From Paramecium tetraurelia (Eukaryota), in assembly GCA_000165425.1 (NCBI GenBank), contig CT868463.1, positions 1 through 64,000 of the forward strand: DNA of 64,000 nucleotides, in the 5' to 3' direction. The notes below the pieces were generated by a model that was not told the origin of the DNA, did no database searches, and worked only from the letters and a program-made list of their open reading frames with translations. Below are positions 1-18,162 of the stretch, piece after piece. The first letter of the stretch is position 1, and the number at the start of each line of letters is the position of its first letter. The position numbers and the translations under genes were made by a program.

Positions 1-894
1 CAATGATACAAGAAATTTCAAAAATTCAATGATGTGCTAACCATAAGATATTTTTTTAATCAATTCTTTTCTAATTTAATCATTGTTCTCAGTTGAATAA
101 TTCTTCTTACTAAAGTCTATCTCACTAATGTTTTAAATCATAGAAGCGATAAATTTCAACTGAGTTTTATCTGAAAAAAACTTCAAACAATTTGTTATTT
201 CCTCATTTCTCAACATTTCAATTACCTCATTCAGGTAGGCCCCATCAATATTTTTACTCTAAGTCAATACCTAATACAAATCTTCCTTTCTGTTATAAAC
301 TGATTTTATTTCTTTTAAGTTTTCCCATGGATTATTTACCTTCTTTTTTATGAATTACATAATCCCTTTCAATTCTGTATTAAAGTTGTCACAAAATGTC
401 TGAGTTTCTTTCCAATATTTCTTTATCATTTCCAACTGCATCAAATAAGATTTTTTTTAATCATTCCTATCCTCTTATGTTTTTCCTAAGATAATTGAAA
501 CTAATTTTTCTAATTCAGTATTTGACAATTCTGTAGGATTCACATTATTTGTTATGAAATTCACATAGAACTTATCTTCCATCTCAATCATTTCATACAT
601 CTAATTTATTGAATCTTCTAATCCAACCCAAATTTACCTTAACTTATTTTAAGTTGAAGAAAGCATTTCTTTAAAATTCTTTCTTTAAATTATTAGTTCA
701 GATGTTTGTTAAGGATAAGATTTATAAAATTTCTTCATCATCATTTCCTGAAAAATTTTTATTGGAACTGTGTGTTGTTTTTCCACCTCATGTTCATATT
801 AACATTCAACACACAGCCTCCTTTAACATGGACACTTGTGAGGAGCAAGACATATTATTGATACTTAATTTTGAATATGATGAGTGCAATTCAT
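1..894 (-). CDS. Paramecium-expanded WD40/pentapeptide-repeat family protein, N-terminal part (runs off window start)
   Basis: Code-6 ORF from ATG 894: MNCTHHIQNQVSIICLAPHKCPCQRRLCVECQYEH (Cys/His Zn-finger-like start), then coiled coil, then ...KELIKKISYGQHIIEFLKFLVSL. I recall this motif preceding pentapeptide/WD40 repeats in this family; the repeats are not in the window. Confidence 0.6.
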
Positions 895-2300
895 ATTCTA
901 TTAAAATAATATTGAATTTCTATTACTTTATTTTAAAATTTGTTTTAAACAAATAGTAATTGTTAGATTTTTTGAGAATTATGAATAGTGAATAAAAAAA
1001 ATATAAAAAAATTATTCTTAATTTGAGAGAAGCCTTTTGTTTGAATTGACTCAATTAAATAAAATATAACCCCAACCCAAATTCTCCTCAAAACTTTAAT
1101 TATTAAATTGTTTTAAATTTTCCGAATTATATCTAATATTTTTTCTAACATCAAGCATCTTTTTTCAATTAATCAAAACAAAACAGGGTATTTAGGGATA
1201 AATGTTATCAAAGAACCCAAAACCTCAACCCCTCTACTAGAAGAATAAGCATAATTTAAAATGGTAGTATTTTTTTATATGAAAGATTTTTTTCCTTTGA
1301 ATTTTGGAAATTTTCAAATTCACAAATCCAGGGGGTGGTACCTTCATCCAGAATATAGTAGGGGGTTTTCCTAAGCTCCCTACGGCTGGAATATGAATCT
1401 CTATTCTGCTTTGGAATATGTTAAAACATCAAAGGAGATAAATCAGATAGTAGCTACAAAGATCTGCTTGCCCAGTTTTAAATTACCACTTCAGAATAGC
1501 TCCTTATTGCCAAATGGTATTTATTATTTATTATTATTTAGTTAATCCTGATCCTACAATACTTAGAATATGTTAGAATCCTTTATTTGAAGCCTCAGGA
1601 ACACTTATCTTATAAGGACAATTCATAAATCATTAAGGCATAGATTTAAAATCATTGTTTAAATCAAAAGGAAGGTGCATTTTAGAGGACTTAAAGCAAA
1701 TGTGAAATTGAAATATCATTATGAACATTACAATTAAAATTTTAATCAATTTCTTATAATTTTTGAATAATAGTTTTTTTCTTGTTTCAATTCTTTAATT
1801 TCATTACCTAATATAAATAATTACAATGTTTTCCAACAGCAGTCGATTTCAAGCAAATGATTTCATCTTACTGCTTTGAGCAGAGTTTCTAATTTGTCTG
1901 ATTTATTTTTTACATGTAAGTTTGATGCAAATCTTTTCAAAGCCAGAATACCAAGATCAATCAGTTTTTAGATGTTCAATAGTATTTAAATGACAATCTT
2001 GTAAATTCAACACTTTTTATTCAATCCTTTGAATCATTAATAAACTCTCTAAAAGTAATGATGATACTTAAAATTATAGGCTTCATTTTATAAATCTAAT
2101 GAAATAGAAGAGTGACAAAAGGCATTAAAAATTTCCTTTTTGATTGATTATCAAATTTGTAAAACACATTAATCATCATTTCCAAATACATACATATATA
2201 CTTAAAAAATTCTACAATTTACACCCCTTCTAATCTATCTTTCAAAACCTCCCGTTTTTCACACCTCATTGGCTGAGCTCCCACCCACACTAGTACGTAC

Positions 2301-2350
2301 CTTCCTCAGGGCGTACCAGGTTACTCTTCCTCAGGGCCGACCATATTACT
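2301..2350. repeat. Two imperfect tandem copies of a 25-bp GC-rich unit
   Basis: cttcctcagggcgtaccaggttact / cttcctcagggccgaccatattact. Confidence 0.8.
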
Positions 2351-3739
2351 GCTTCATATAGAGACAGTTCTACGAAATTATTCTATAATTTTATGAGAAG
2401 TCTGCAAAATATAGATGACAGCATTATAAATTTAGATAGCATAATGATCTTACATTTTGTCAATAACCTTTTTTCAAATCTTGATTATAGCCATTAATGA
2501 GTTCTAAATTAATATCACACCTATAAATACCAGTCTTTTGTAAATTTTAGAAATGCACATACAACCGAATAATCTAATCCTCGCTTAAAGCATAAGCAAA
2601 TCAAATTCATCTATGCAGAAGTATTTATAATCCTAAATATAATCTACCAAGCCTTCTAATCATCTTTATAGTGTTATTATTTCTGAGCTGTTTATTAATT
2701 TATAAGCAATCTCATTTGAATTAGATAAATATTTAAGAAAATTCCCTGACTATAATCTTTGATTAATTTATCAACAGTTAATAAATAAAAATTCTATAAC
2801 TTTTTAATTTGTTACTATTTTAAATTTAGCTAGATAAAATTAAAAAGCTATAGAAGAAACTCTTAGTTTAGATTAAGTAAATGATGGGAGGAAGGACGAA
2901 TATCTTTTACCTTCTGGAGTATTTCCGCAAGGGTTGACTTGATTTGCTGAAATGTTTTGAAAGAATAGCTGTCTATGACCATTTATGAAACTTAATTATG
3001 AAGATCTAATGTCACCATTTACTATGAACGAATAAATATTATTAATTGAGAATGGATGAAATGACTCGAATCAAGTAGAAAATAGTCTATGTAAACATAT
3101 TAAAGGACTGGCTAAAGATTATAAAGGCTTATTTGATGTTATCTATGACATCAGATATGATAGTATATGTTTCACCATATGGAAAATATAGATTAGTAGA
3201 AATTAGAGTATTGGACATTTAGAACTTGACTCAATTTTATAAGGTCTTAAGAACCAGAAAAGGAAATGAAAGAAGTTATCTCCATCTACAATAAGATATC
3301 GTTTAACGTCTGGGTTTAGCAAGATTATCATTTGGTGAGAAGATGATCCTTCCACTATGTGCTAGATCATTTGACCGCGCAGAAATATTCAAACATTCCT
3401 GCATTGCAAGTATAGACCTTGCTCTCCAAAGGGGCCGTCTATAATGACACATGATTCACATCAATTATTATTATTATTGAGATTCTTACCAAACAAATCA
3501 GAAGATTTCGTTTCTTTTTGGATGATTATGTACCATAAGGTCCAACAACATCTAATTTTTCTTGCTCCTTCAAAACAATAGGCTCTAAAATCATAAGATA
3601 TGAAACCATTTTCTAATTCAAAAATAGCTTTCATTTTATCTTACTGATATTATGTTTAAAGAATTTCGCGTCACTTTTATAAATACTTCATAATTTATGG
3701 CGGATTTATAATACATATTAATTTAATTAAATTTTTTGA

Positions 3740-4678
3740 AGATTTCTTTATTTATATTTATTTCTGATTTTCTTTTGGGTTTTTCTCTTGCACAATTTAG
3801 CGTTCTTGATCGCTTCACTTGGAATGAAATGCGATCTAAGCTTCATTTTTAGCTAGTTCTTCTCAGTTTTTCCATTTATTAGTTTATATTCAAAGACCAC
3901 TCTATGCATTTCTGATAATGCTTCATCCCACTTTATTCAATTTCTCGCATAAAGCAAACTCATCTAATAGAATGTGATAGTGAGTAGCAAATACTATTTT
4001 AGGTTTAATCTTTTAAATTAAATATCTCAAAAATGTAGATGTTAATGTAACTCCATTGTTTGTTGAGATTCTTCAACCTAATTCATCAATTTTAACTTAG
4101 CCTCTAAAAAAAATTTCTAAATGGTATTGACTCTTCAAATTCATTAAGAAAATTAATTTGCCTTCCAGCATTCTATCAGATATATCTCATTGACCTTTTT
4201 TTTGTTTCTATTTCTTATTCGACTATGGAATTTTAGTGCAATGATAAATAATATTTTCATTTGCTGTGGAATACAAAAATTATAATACTTACACATTAAA
4301 TACAATTTTTGTAGATTGTTTGACAAATATAGTAATTTGTTTATATATATGTACAATTTTGATATTCAATAATTTTATCGGATATCAACTTTATAGAACC
4401 CTTTGAGAGGTTGGGCCTTAAGGAATCACTTATCAAATAGTTCCAGCTTGATTACCTATAAGGCATTTTGTGTTATTCTGAGTCAAAAGAAATGTTGGCT
4501 ATTTAAGACTTTTCAAACAGTTTAGGTGACATAATCAACAACAATATTTAAATATTTAATAGCTTTACGAAGATTATGATTATAAAATATATAGAATTAA
4601 ATCATTTCATTTAGATTTGAACCTAAACTCTTCTAAATCTTGTAAATGATGTAATTATTAATCTGGATCCTTCTTTTT
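3740..4678 (-). pseudogene. Decayed MutS homolog (MSH6-like) C-terminal ATPase region
   Basis: Fragments DRMLEGK..F, IDELG*RISTNNGVTL (Walker B DELGRGT broken by TGA at 4073-4075), KIVFATHYHILLDEF, and in a shifted frame VVFEYKLINGK...IPSEAIKNAK. Multiple stops and frameshifts. Confidence 0.8.
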
Positions 4679-4828
4679 NNNNNNNNNNNNNNNNNNNNNN
4701 NNNNNNNNNNNNNNNNNNNNNNNNNNNNNNNNNNNNNNNNNNNNNNNNNNNNNNNNNNNNNNNNNNNNNNNNNNNNNNNNNNNNNNNNNNNNNNNNNNNN
4801 NNNNNNNNNNNNNNNNNNNNNNNNNNNN
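4679..4828. other. Assembly gap (150 N)
   Basis: Run of N. Confidence 1.
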
Positions 4829-7800
4829 TTTTGGGAAATTATTTATAACGAGAAGGGGGTGGTTAATGGTACTCGAGGAATTACACCTTTCTTCATCATT
4901 TAACTAACATGAGGGGTGGATGATCAGGTAATGGATGGGTATATGGTTGCATTTCCAATTATGGTTTCAATCATACTTTAGGTTTAAAAGGTGATAGGAG
5001 AGTTAAAATTTTCGTCAAAATATGCAATGTAACAATTAGGCATTGAAAAAAAGGATATCAAACATAAGCACCTTTTTTGCTTGTCTTATAATTTATGAAC
5101 TGATTATGCTGAATGTAAACGAAAGCCAAGCTCTATATTGTTAGATAGTAATAAGAAAGAAACAGCAATGCTATTACTACATAGTTTCAAAATATTAGAT
5201 CGTTTTGTATTTGAGAACTACCCAAAACATATGTGACATATTAGCTATAATATGAAAAAATAAAAAACGACTTAAAATTGCAGTGGATACTAAATATTCA
5301 GGGGTACGAGTTAGTTAAATCATATTAATGAGCAACTTTATTCTTAAATTATGAATAATCACCTTAACTAAAGTATTTAATGCAATATCATGTATTGTGC
5401 TTAGTACAAGACAGAATCTGGTATATTTATAATATAGCCTAAGCATCGATACCGTGCTAAATTAAGGACATGAAAAAATAACCTTATAGGACTAGATATA
5501 TTTGAACCTTGAATTTAACAGAAGTGTATAGCTGCCAAAAAATGTTTTGCAATTATTTGATTTAAAACAGCCAGTTGGCTATTCAATTAATAAAACAATC
5601 ACACATAATATGATAAAAATTACAGGAGATTGACAGTGAACTAAAAAAGTTGCAATTTCAATTATAAAATTTTATTCAACGACATACTGACAATAAATAG
5701 AGGAGGTCAAGGATTAATCTCATTTAGCTTTAAATGCAACATTATTGTTGCTCTTTCTCATTAAAATTATATATGACTGTTATTACCAGAGTCAGTAGAG
5801 CAACACAATTATCACATGTAGTGATGAAGTCAAAAATTTAAACACAAACAGTAGAATTTTTATTCTAAATGTAACCAGCAGCATTTAGAGCAGTCAAATA
5901 TTTATAACTTAATATGGAGTTCGACTTAAATTAATTTAGCAAGTTTTAATTTAAATAATATTGCATCTGATTAAATTTTTTTGGATGGCTAATATTAAAT
6001 TACTTGTCAGAGTGAGGTTCAATGTTTTTAAACAATGTTAGAACCAATTGATAAGTTATGATGGCATTAAATAGTTATTAGACTTCAAAATTTTCAAGGG
6101 TAATTCAAAAAGATCCTTTGTTGAGTGTTAGCAGCATGTTACAAAATAAAATAGTGATAGCTGTACTATAGATGATTAACAAGACAATTAATCAAACAGA
6201 TAGTAATATGGCAGAAAACATCCAAATTTTTAACAAATTAATGCTCAAAAATATGACACAATCAGGGATGTTTCAGGAAAAACTGTAATTGCCAATATCA
6301 GTACATCACTTTTATGGAGGATCACTAGTTGATGAATAATACCATCTAGTTTAATTATCAACTTCTTCTAGGTCAGTTTTACTTCAACATTTGTTGGCCA
6401 TTCACTTACACTAGCATGATATAACTATTCCTGATTTAATGATTGAGTTTGCATCCAATCCAATATAGCTTAACGATTAAGCCATCTTATAAACTACTAT
6501 TTCAGTACATGAAGTAAAAAGAAGGATAGAATTATACGTGACAATTGTTGCGAAAGAATACTGTGACAGATGTGGAATTTACTATTGTTAACGTGGTACT
6601 TAAGCAGAAACTCTAAAAATTATCAATAATTAACGGAGGCACAATAGCCAAGCAACCTCAACTTATATTATTCAGTATAAGGCACAAGAAACCATATAAT
6701 TACAACATATATTCAAGGTATTGCAAGAAGCTCGAGAAGTTCAGCGTGAAGGAGAACAGGAGTTTTTTTTTACAAAAAAAACTTTTATATAAATTTGTTA
6801 AAGCTCGAAAATACAAATTGTGATATTAGATTTATCCTTCAGGCTTTGATTCATTATTTGATTGAATTAGCAATATTCTTCTTGAATTCCTTGAAAGATA
6901 AAGGATATGATCTTTTTTAAATCATATCAATCATTGAAGATTTGTAGTAATGATTCACGTCTGAAAGTATTGCTTTACCGTATTAATAGGCAAATTATAA
7001 GTGAATTTTGTTTAAAAATTATATTTAAATATCATTCAAGCTTTGCCATATTTTTTGAATAATGTCAATTTTTATTCAATTAACAAAGCTAATTAGAATA
7101 AAATTAAATATATGATATTGCAGCATGCTGAAATAACTCAGCTTAAAATTAAAACAGCAGAACCGCAATTAGGGAATGTTCAGATTGATTTTTTTAGAAA
7201 GCATACATTCAAATTTAGATATATAATTTCCTTTTTCTGATAATGATTAAATAAATCTTGTTGAAATGATTATTGGCTATCTATAGAATTGATTAAGGAT
7301 CAATTAAATTTAAGCCTACTATAAATGATAGTCTGCTATGATTTATTATACCGCTTCATCATAGCTAATTTAACATAAGTACTACACTTTTCTCTTAAAG
7401 GGAACAATGCAGTCTAAGAAATTATTTTTCTAATTATCTCAAGATATTGAATCCTTCCTATAGATATCATAAAAAAATTTTATTTGAGTTAAATGTATTT
7501 TTTATCTAAGTTGAAAAGAACACATCAAATTATTTGCTAGCAAAGTACGTAAAATCTTTACTAATCTTATCAATTTGTTAATTCAGTTTTATTCATGAAG
7601 CCTAAAAAAATAATCTCTTTTTCAGTATTGGTTCTTTTCAGAAACAAAATGATTTTGAAAAATCTCTAAGATGAATTTGAACTTCTTTTTAAAGGTTAAA
7701 ATATCTTCAAAGGCTGCCTACCTATAAATGTAAAGATTTTAGGATTGATAGTCTTAGTCAAGTCAGTATATTAAACAGAAATTAATATAAATTGATTGAA

Positions 7801-8279
7801 GATAAACTGCTTGTTGGAAAGAACGAAATTGGTTACAAAGAAATAATTCATAAGGGATTCTTAAAAAGGGTAACTAAAAGGGATGGCCAGAGAGCCTAGC
7901 AGAATTATATTATTAGTATACTCAGCAGAAACTTGCAACTTCAACTTTAAGCTAGTTGTTTTACTTTGGGATAAACTATAATGTAAAGTAAAAAATTATA
8001 TTAAAATATAATTTATCATTGTTACAATGTAAATGCTTTTATGATGTAATAATTTAAAATTAGTAACAAAAACTAAAAAGGTTGTTAAATATAATTGAAA
8101 ATTCCTGAAATATTGCTTGAAGTTGAAAATTGAAGTAATGTAATTATGATATTTGAGTTAATTGTATTATTATCTAAAAATCAAATTATCCGGTGTGTTA
8201 TTCAGATTTAATTAATTCTTAAATTATTCCTATATTAATCAGTTTCAAATATATTCAAAGATTAATAATTTATTTAGGA

Positions 8280-9147
8280 ATGATGATTGACTTTGTAGAT
8301 GTTGCATTAAACTGGGCGTTACCTGCTATTCTTCTTGACTAAATTTTGTTTTTTATAATTTACAAAATTGCAGGAGATCAAATATGCATAGTTGATGTAG
8401 CCTATCCAACTAGTCATTTGGTTGCAGGAATAATTTATTGCATATTTTCAGATATACCCCTTCCTTCAAAGATTGTAAAGTTCATTATCAATTTTCAGAT
8501 TATTACTATTCTTTTGGTGCTATGGTCTATGAGGTTAGCTGGATTCGTCTTCATTTATAGGGTTTTAGGAGGATATAAAGATGAGCGCTTTGAGAATATT
8601 TTTAATGAATTTAACAACGAAAGATTAAAAAAAAATATGATGGTTATGATTCAATTTCTTTTTCAAGGTATATTCATTTTTGTGACCAGCATTCCTTTAT
8701 ATTTCTTATTTTAAAACAATCTTACTTGGAAGTCAGAAAACTTTTAGGGATTATAGATTATGAATTATATTGCATTATCAATTATACCTTTTAGTATTTG
8801 TTTAGAAGCAATTGCAGGTAATTATAAAAATATTAACAGATATACAACTGGAACAGTTTAAAAAGTTATAATAACAAGATTTAATACCGAAAACAGAGAT
8901 TATGGAGACAGGATTTTGGAAAAAAAGTAGACATCCAAATTTATTTTTTGATCTGATCACTTGGACATGCTTTGGATTATCAGCAATATATGATGGAATT
9001 AGTGTTTGTTCTTTGATTGGCCCCATAATCTTATTTTGCGCTATGGAATTTGTGACAGTACCTATTACAGAGGCCCACATGAAAAAGAAAAGAGGAGAAA
9101 CCTATGATCAATATGTTTTGAGAACAAATAAATTTTTGATCTTTTGA
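8280..9147 (+). CDS. DUF1295 / steroid 5-alpha-reductase-like membrane protein
   Basis: MMIDFVDVALNW.., VDVAYP, WSMRLAGFVFIYR..KDERF, EAIADIQLEQFK, GFWKKSRHPNLFFD, EAHMKKKRGETYDQY. Intron 8818-8839, possible intron 8475-8498, TGA 9145-9147. Confidence 0.9.
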
Positions 9148-9705
9148 TTGCCATTTATCCATATTTCAATAGTTTAATTTTCCAATCTTTATTATTCTGT
9201 AAATGAAAAATTATTTATATAAATTCTAAATTTCATCCAGGCTGGAATTCTGAGTTTGAATTTGGAGTCTTAAGTTAATTTCTTCTTGAATGTTATTTCT
9301 ATGTTTTTAAAAATTAAATATCAAGTCCTTTTCTTTGATGTTAGCAACTCATATCAAAATGTTAATAATGTATTTCAAAAAAGTTTATATTTTTACCAAT
9401 GGTTTGATAATTACATATTATGAAAGTTATGTATTTATTTTAAGTTTGTTTTCTTAAATAATACATTAGAAAACAATAGGGGTTTATGGAATATACATTG
9501 ATGATCGATATTTTCAAAATTGAGTCTGTCCTTGGAAAAAATTTTGAAGAATTCTTTATTACTTTTACATATTAAATAGTGTTCCTGAAATCAGCAGGTA
9601 AAGTTAACAGCCAAAAAGCAAGTTAACTATGATAAAGAATAAAATTTATAAAAGCTTTATATAATAATAAATAAAACATATTAATTAATTATTAAGCTAA
9701 ATCAA

Positions 9706-11592
9706 TCAAATTTTAACAAATTCTATATCTATTAGATTGTCTTCATTAAATTTTGTAATAATGAAGCATGAAAAACAAGAAAATAAATATTCTTATTCAT
9801 TCTAAAATTAGGAAACCGTGTAAATTGCCTTAGGTCTAACCATCTAAAAATGAGAGTCATCTAAATTATTTTCATTAAAGGAGATTCTAAATATAATTCC
9901 AGAATCCTTGGCATAAGATTTACTAATTGCAAAATCTCTGCTGGTGGAAGTAAATGCAGGAAACATCATTAAATCATATAATTTATGCTTTAGTTTAAAG
10001 GAATCGATTGTACAATCTACTCCTCTATAAAGGAAAAAATTATTAGAAACAAATATATTTTAGTCTATATTGTCTTAGTATTTTTCTAAACTATACTTTA
10101 ATGATTATATAAAGACTGAGGCTTCTAAAATTGCCTTTTCATTTAAACTTTATAGAAGTTTATTAATAAATTTAAAAAATCCACTAGGTCCTGTATAGAG
10201 ATTAATTATATCCTCAATATGTCCATTTTTAAATTTCTCGTGAATTTAAAGAGCTAATTCTGCTTAAGCCTCTTCAGATAATATATATACTGAATTTGGT
10301 ACGTATTACATTGTGTTTTAAATTATTTTAAGGGCTTCATCTTTGGATAGTTAAGGAATACTACTCAACGAAAATTCGTCAGAAAGATAATAAAGCGCAG
10401 CATTCTATTAAAAATAATTCGGAAACTAATATAAATTAATTTCTCTTAAAACTAAAGAAGGCGCTAAGTTCTTCTCCAATGTTGCGATCACTTCATCTTA
10501 TTGATTTGTGATAAATACAATTTATTTAAACTTTTAGATAAGGTCTTCGTATTTTTCAGGAAACTAACAATAAATAAGAATCGAATGAATATTAGGATAA
10601 GTCAATAGCATATGCAGAGTTTCCTTTGCCAGTGATCCTTATAATATCAGAAAAGTAATGTAATTTTCATTTAAAAAATTGATAAGACTTTGATGATCAT
10701 TAGTAAAGTGACAATATTAAATGTTTGGAAAACAATTTCTAATTCTTTAAGCCAATTAGAAATTTCCATGATTTTCTATTTTATTGTCTAACCAAGCTAT
10801 GGCTCGTTAGTTATTTAAATTAGGCCTTTTTATATTTGTTAAAAAGGTTTTGATTACTCCATCCATAGCAATGTTCATTTCACTGATACTTTTGGTAACA
10901 TTTTAATCAATTAATCTTTTTTAATTTTCAAATAAACATTTTAAATCATTAAATTGCATTTTTAGTTTTTTGTTAGCCTTTGCCGCAAATATAAATGGCA
11001 AAGCAATTTCAGTTGCTCCTTTAAAAATATTTCTTATTGTTTTTCCTAGTAACTATTCGCAACCAATTTCAAGAAGGATGACTGAGATAGCAAGAGACAT
11101 ATTAAAATGAGATAGCGTGTTTTTATTGGAATTTATTACCATTTCCATTCTAAATAAAAGTTCTTCAATTTCCTTAAGGATTTTAAAAAGCTTTTCAGTT
11201 ATCTATGTAGTGCTTACAGTAACTTAATTTATTATTGAAATAATATTTTGGATGAACTCTCGTATTTATTCTGAAATCAGTTTTATTTAGTATGATAAAT
11301 TATTTTTTTCTATGATTATTTCATTCTTTAATCGAGCTTCCAAGTTTTCAATATTTTAATTAACCTTCTTGATTGTTTATGAAGTTAATGACCAATATGA
11401 ATGATTTTAAACTTCTTGCTCAACTAATTTAATGCTTTCTTCTATAAATTAGGAACTTTTTTAATGCATAGAATGTATAATCGTTCCTAGCCTCATTTTA
11501 TGAAAATTACACATTTGAGTTATAGCTTGAATTTATATATCCATAATTTGTTATTCACTAACTTGCCTGGATAACACTAGTTGGTTAGCCAT
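9706..11592 (-). CDS. Intronless ~628-aa protein: coiled coil/hydrophobic N-terminus, receiver-like domain, C-terminal R-S-E mono-ADP-ribosyltransferase (ARTC-like)
   Basis: Single 1887-bp code-6 ORF. IINLYT..FFKFINKLL, LYRGV (10021-10029), FPAFTSTSRD (9940-9951), SQFQNEQEYLF (ExE, ~9787-9801). AIAWLD...ITFLILQGSLA...SILIYC upstream. Confidence 0.85.
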
Positions 11593-11841
11593 ATGGTGAT
11601 AAATATCTAAAATTTATTATTAAAGAATTCATATTAAATTGTTTTAAAACTAAATGTAAATATATTGCTAACGGAATGTATTAGAAATTATATATGAATT
11701 AATGATTTTAAATAGTGAATTTTCAAAAATTTTAGGTTTAATTATAAGAATTAGCATTAAAGATGTTAAACTAGCATTAAAATATTATGTGTGATAAATA
11801 TGTATATTTTCATATATAAGTTTTATAATAAAATTTAATTA

Positions 11842-16971
<5,130 letters not shown>

Positions 16972-17022
16972 AAATGTTTTTATGTTGAAAAATATAGATG
17001 TAGATTATTTTAGTATTCAAAA

Positions 17023-18053
17023 TCAGATTTAATCTTAATCTTGTTCCTATTTGTTTTCTGTTACTCTATACAATCTGAAAATACAATAGATCAATATATC
17101 AATTCCTAAAATATCGACTAAATTTATCACGATTGATAAATAATTAAAATTTGCAAGTATCATCTTAAAATATTATTTTAAATTACATAAACTATTTAAC
17201 TTCCTAGAGAAAGTGCAACATAGATTGCAGTTACTCCATAAATTATTCTATCTGAGTAGTTCTAGACTATTCTTCTAACAATTTTATCAATAAGTCTGTT
17301 AGAGATAAAAAATACAGGAATAAAAACAAAAACATAAAACGTCATTAAATCAACATAAATAAGTTAAAATGTTAATCTTGCCCAACATTATATATAAATA
17401 ATTGGTAGTTTGTGAGTTAATTATAAAGAACCTTTAATGATTGGAAAGTAGAGCTAAATATAACATCTACAATTACAAGAAAAGGCTTCATCTTTTTATT
17501 ATCTGTTTATTAGTTTGTTTGTGATTAGGGTATCAATTTTGATCCATGATCAGATTGGTTAGTATTTATATTTTTTCTTGCAGTTTCAGGGGCAATTAAA
17601 TTTGTCACAAATTAACTATGCTTTCTTATTGTATTTCTGTGTTTGCTTGACTCAGGAGTAGTTTACAGATTGCTATTCGTCGAAATGATGGTTAAGATAG
17701 TATGATTTTTTATTGATTTTCTTAAGTTTGTATGCTTGTTTGATTCATTTTATGTATTGGTTGTTTGAGACAATTTCAAAGTTGTTGCTCTTGATTTTCT
17801 TCTTACTTATTTTTGTTCATCAACATTCGCATCTGGATCTAAAGAGTGATGATGATGAAAAAATGATGCTGCTGGTGAAAATAATTAAGGTTTCGTTTAT
17901 GATCTCCTTTATTTTCTTACCTCTAGATAATAACAATAAATTACTTAAGTATTTTATAAACTATTATTTTATACATTCAAACTAACTGAGAATCAAAAGA
18001 ATAATAAATACAGCATCTATTGAAAGTAAATAGTATAATTAGGAAAAATTCAT
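17023..18053 (-). CDS. Hypothetical transmembrane protein
   Basis: Hydrophobic N-terminus MNFSQLYYLLSIDAVFIILLILS, a Ser/Thr/Lys-rich middle and several hydrophobic C-terminal segments. Needs about 3 short introns; exon structure uncertain. Confidence 0.55.
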
Positions 18054-18162
18054 TATTTCTAATATTATTATTTATTTATTTAATAACATTTTTGTTTAAT
18101 ATATAAAAATCTCTATAGTTTATAAAGATGCTCAATAATCATACTTTTCAATAATTAAAATT

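Noticed and set aside
1070..1082. cccaacccaaa, telomere-like
   Set aside because: Only about two degenerate units, not a C4A2/C3A3 array.
3400..3465. Minus-strand VIIDGPFGE resembling a ferric-reductase/NOX motif
   Set aside because: Flanked by stops and lacks the following GxGxxP motif; too short to call.
6385..6420. FVGHSL resembling a lipase GHSLG motif
   Set aside because: Lacks the final Gly, is followed by TGA, and has no other lipase motifs.
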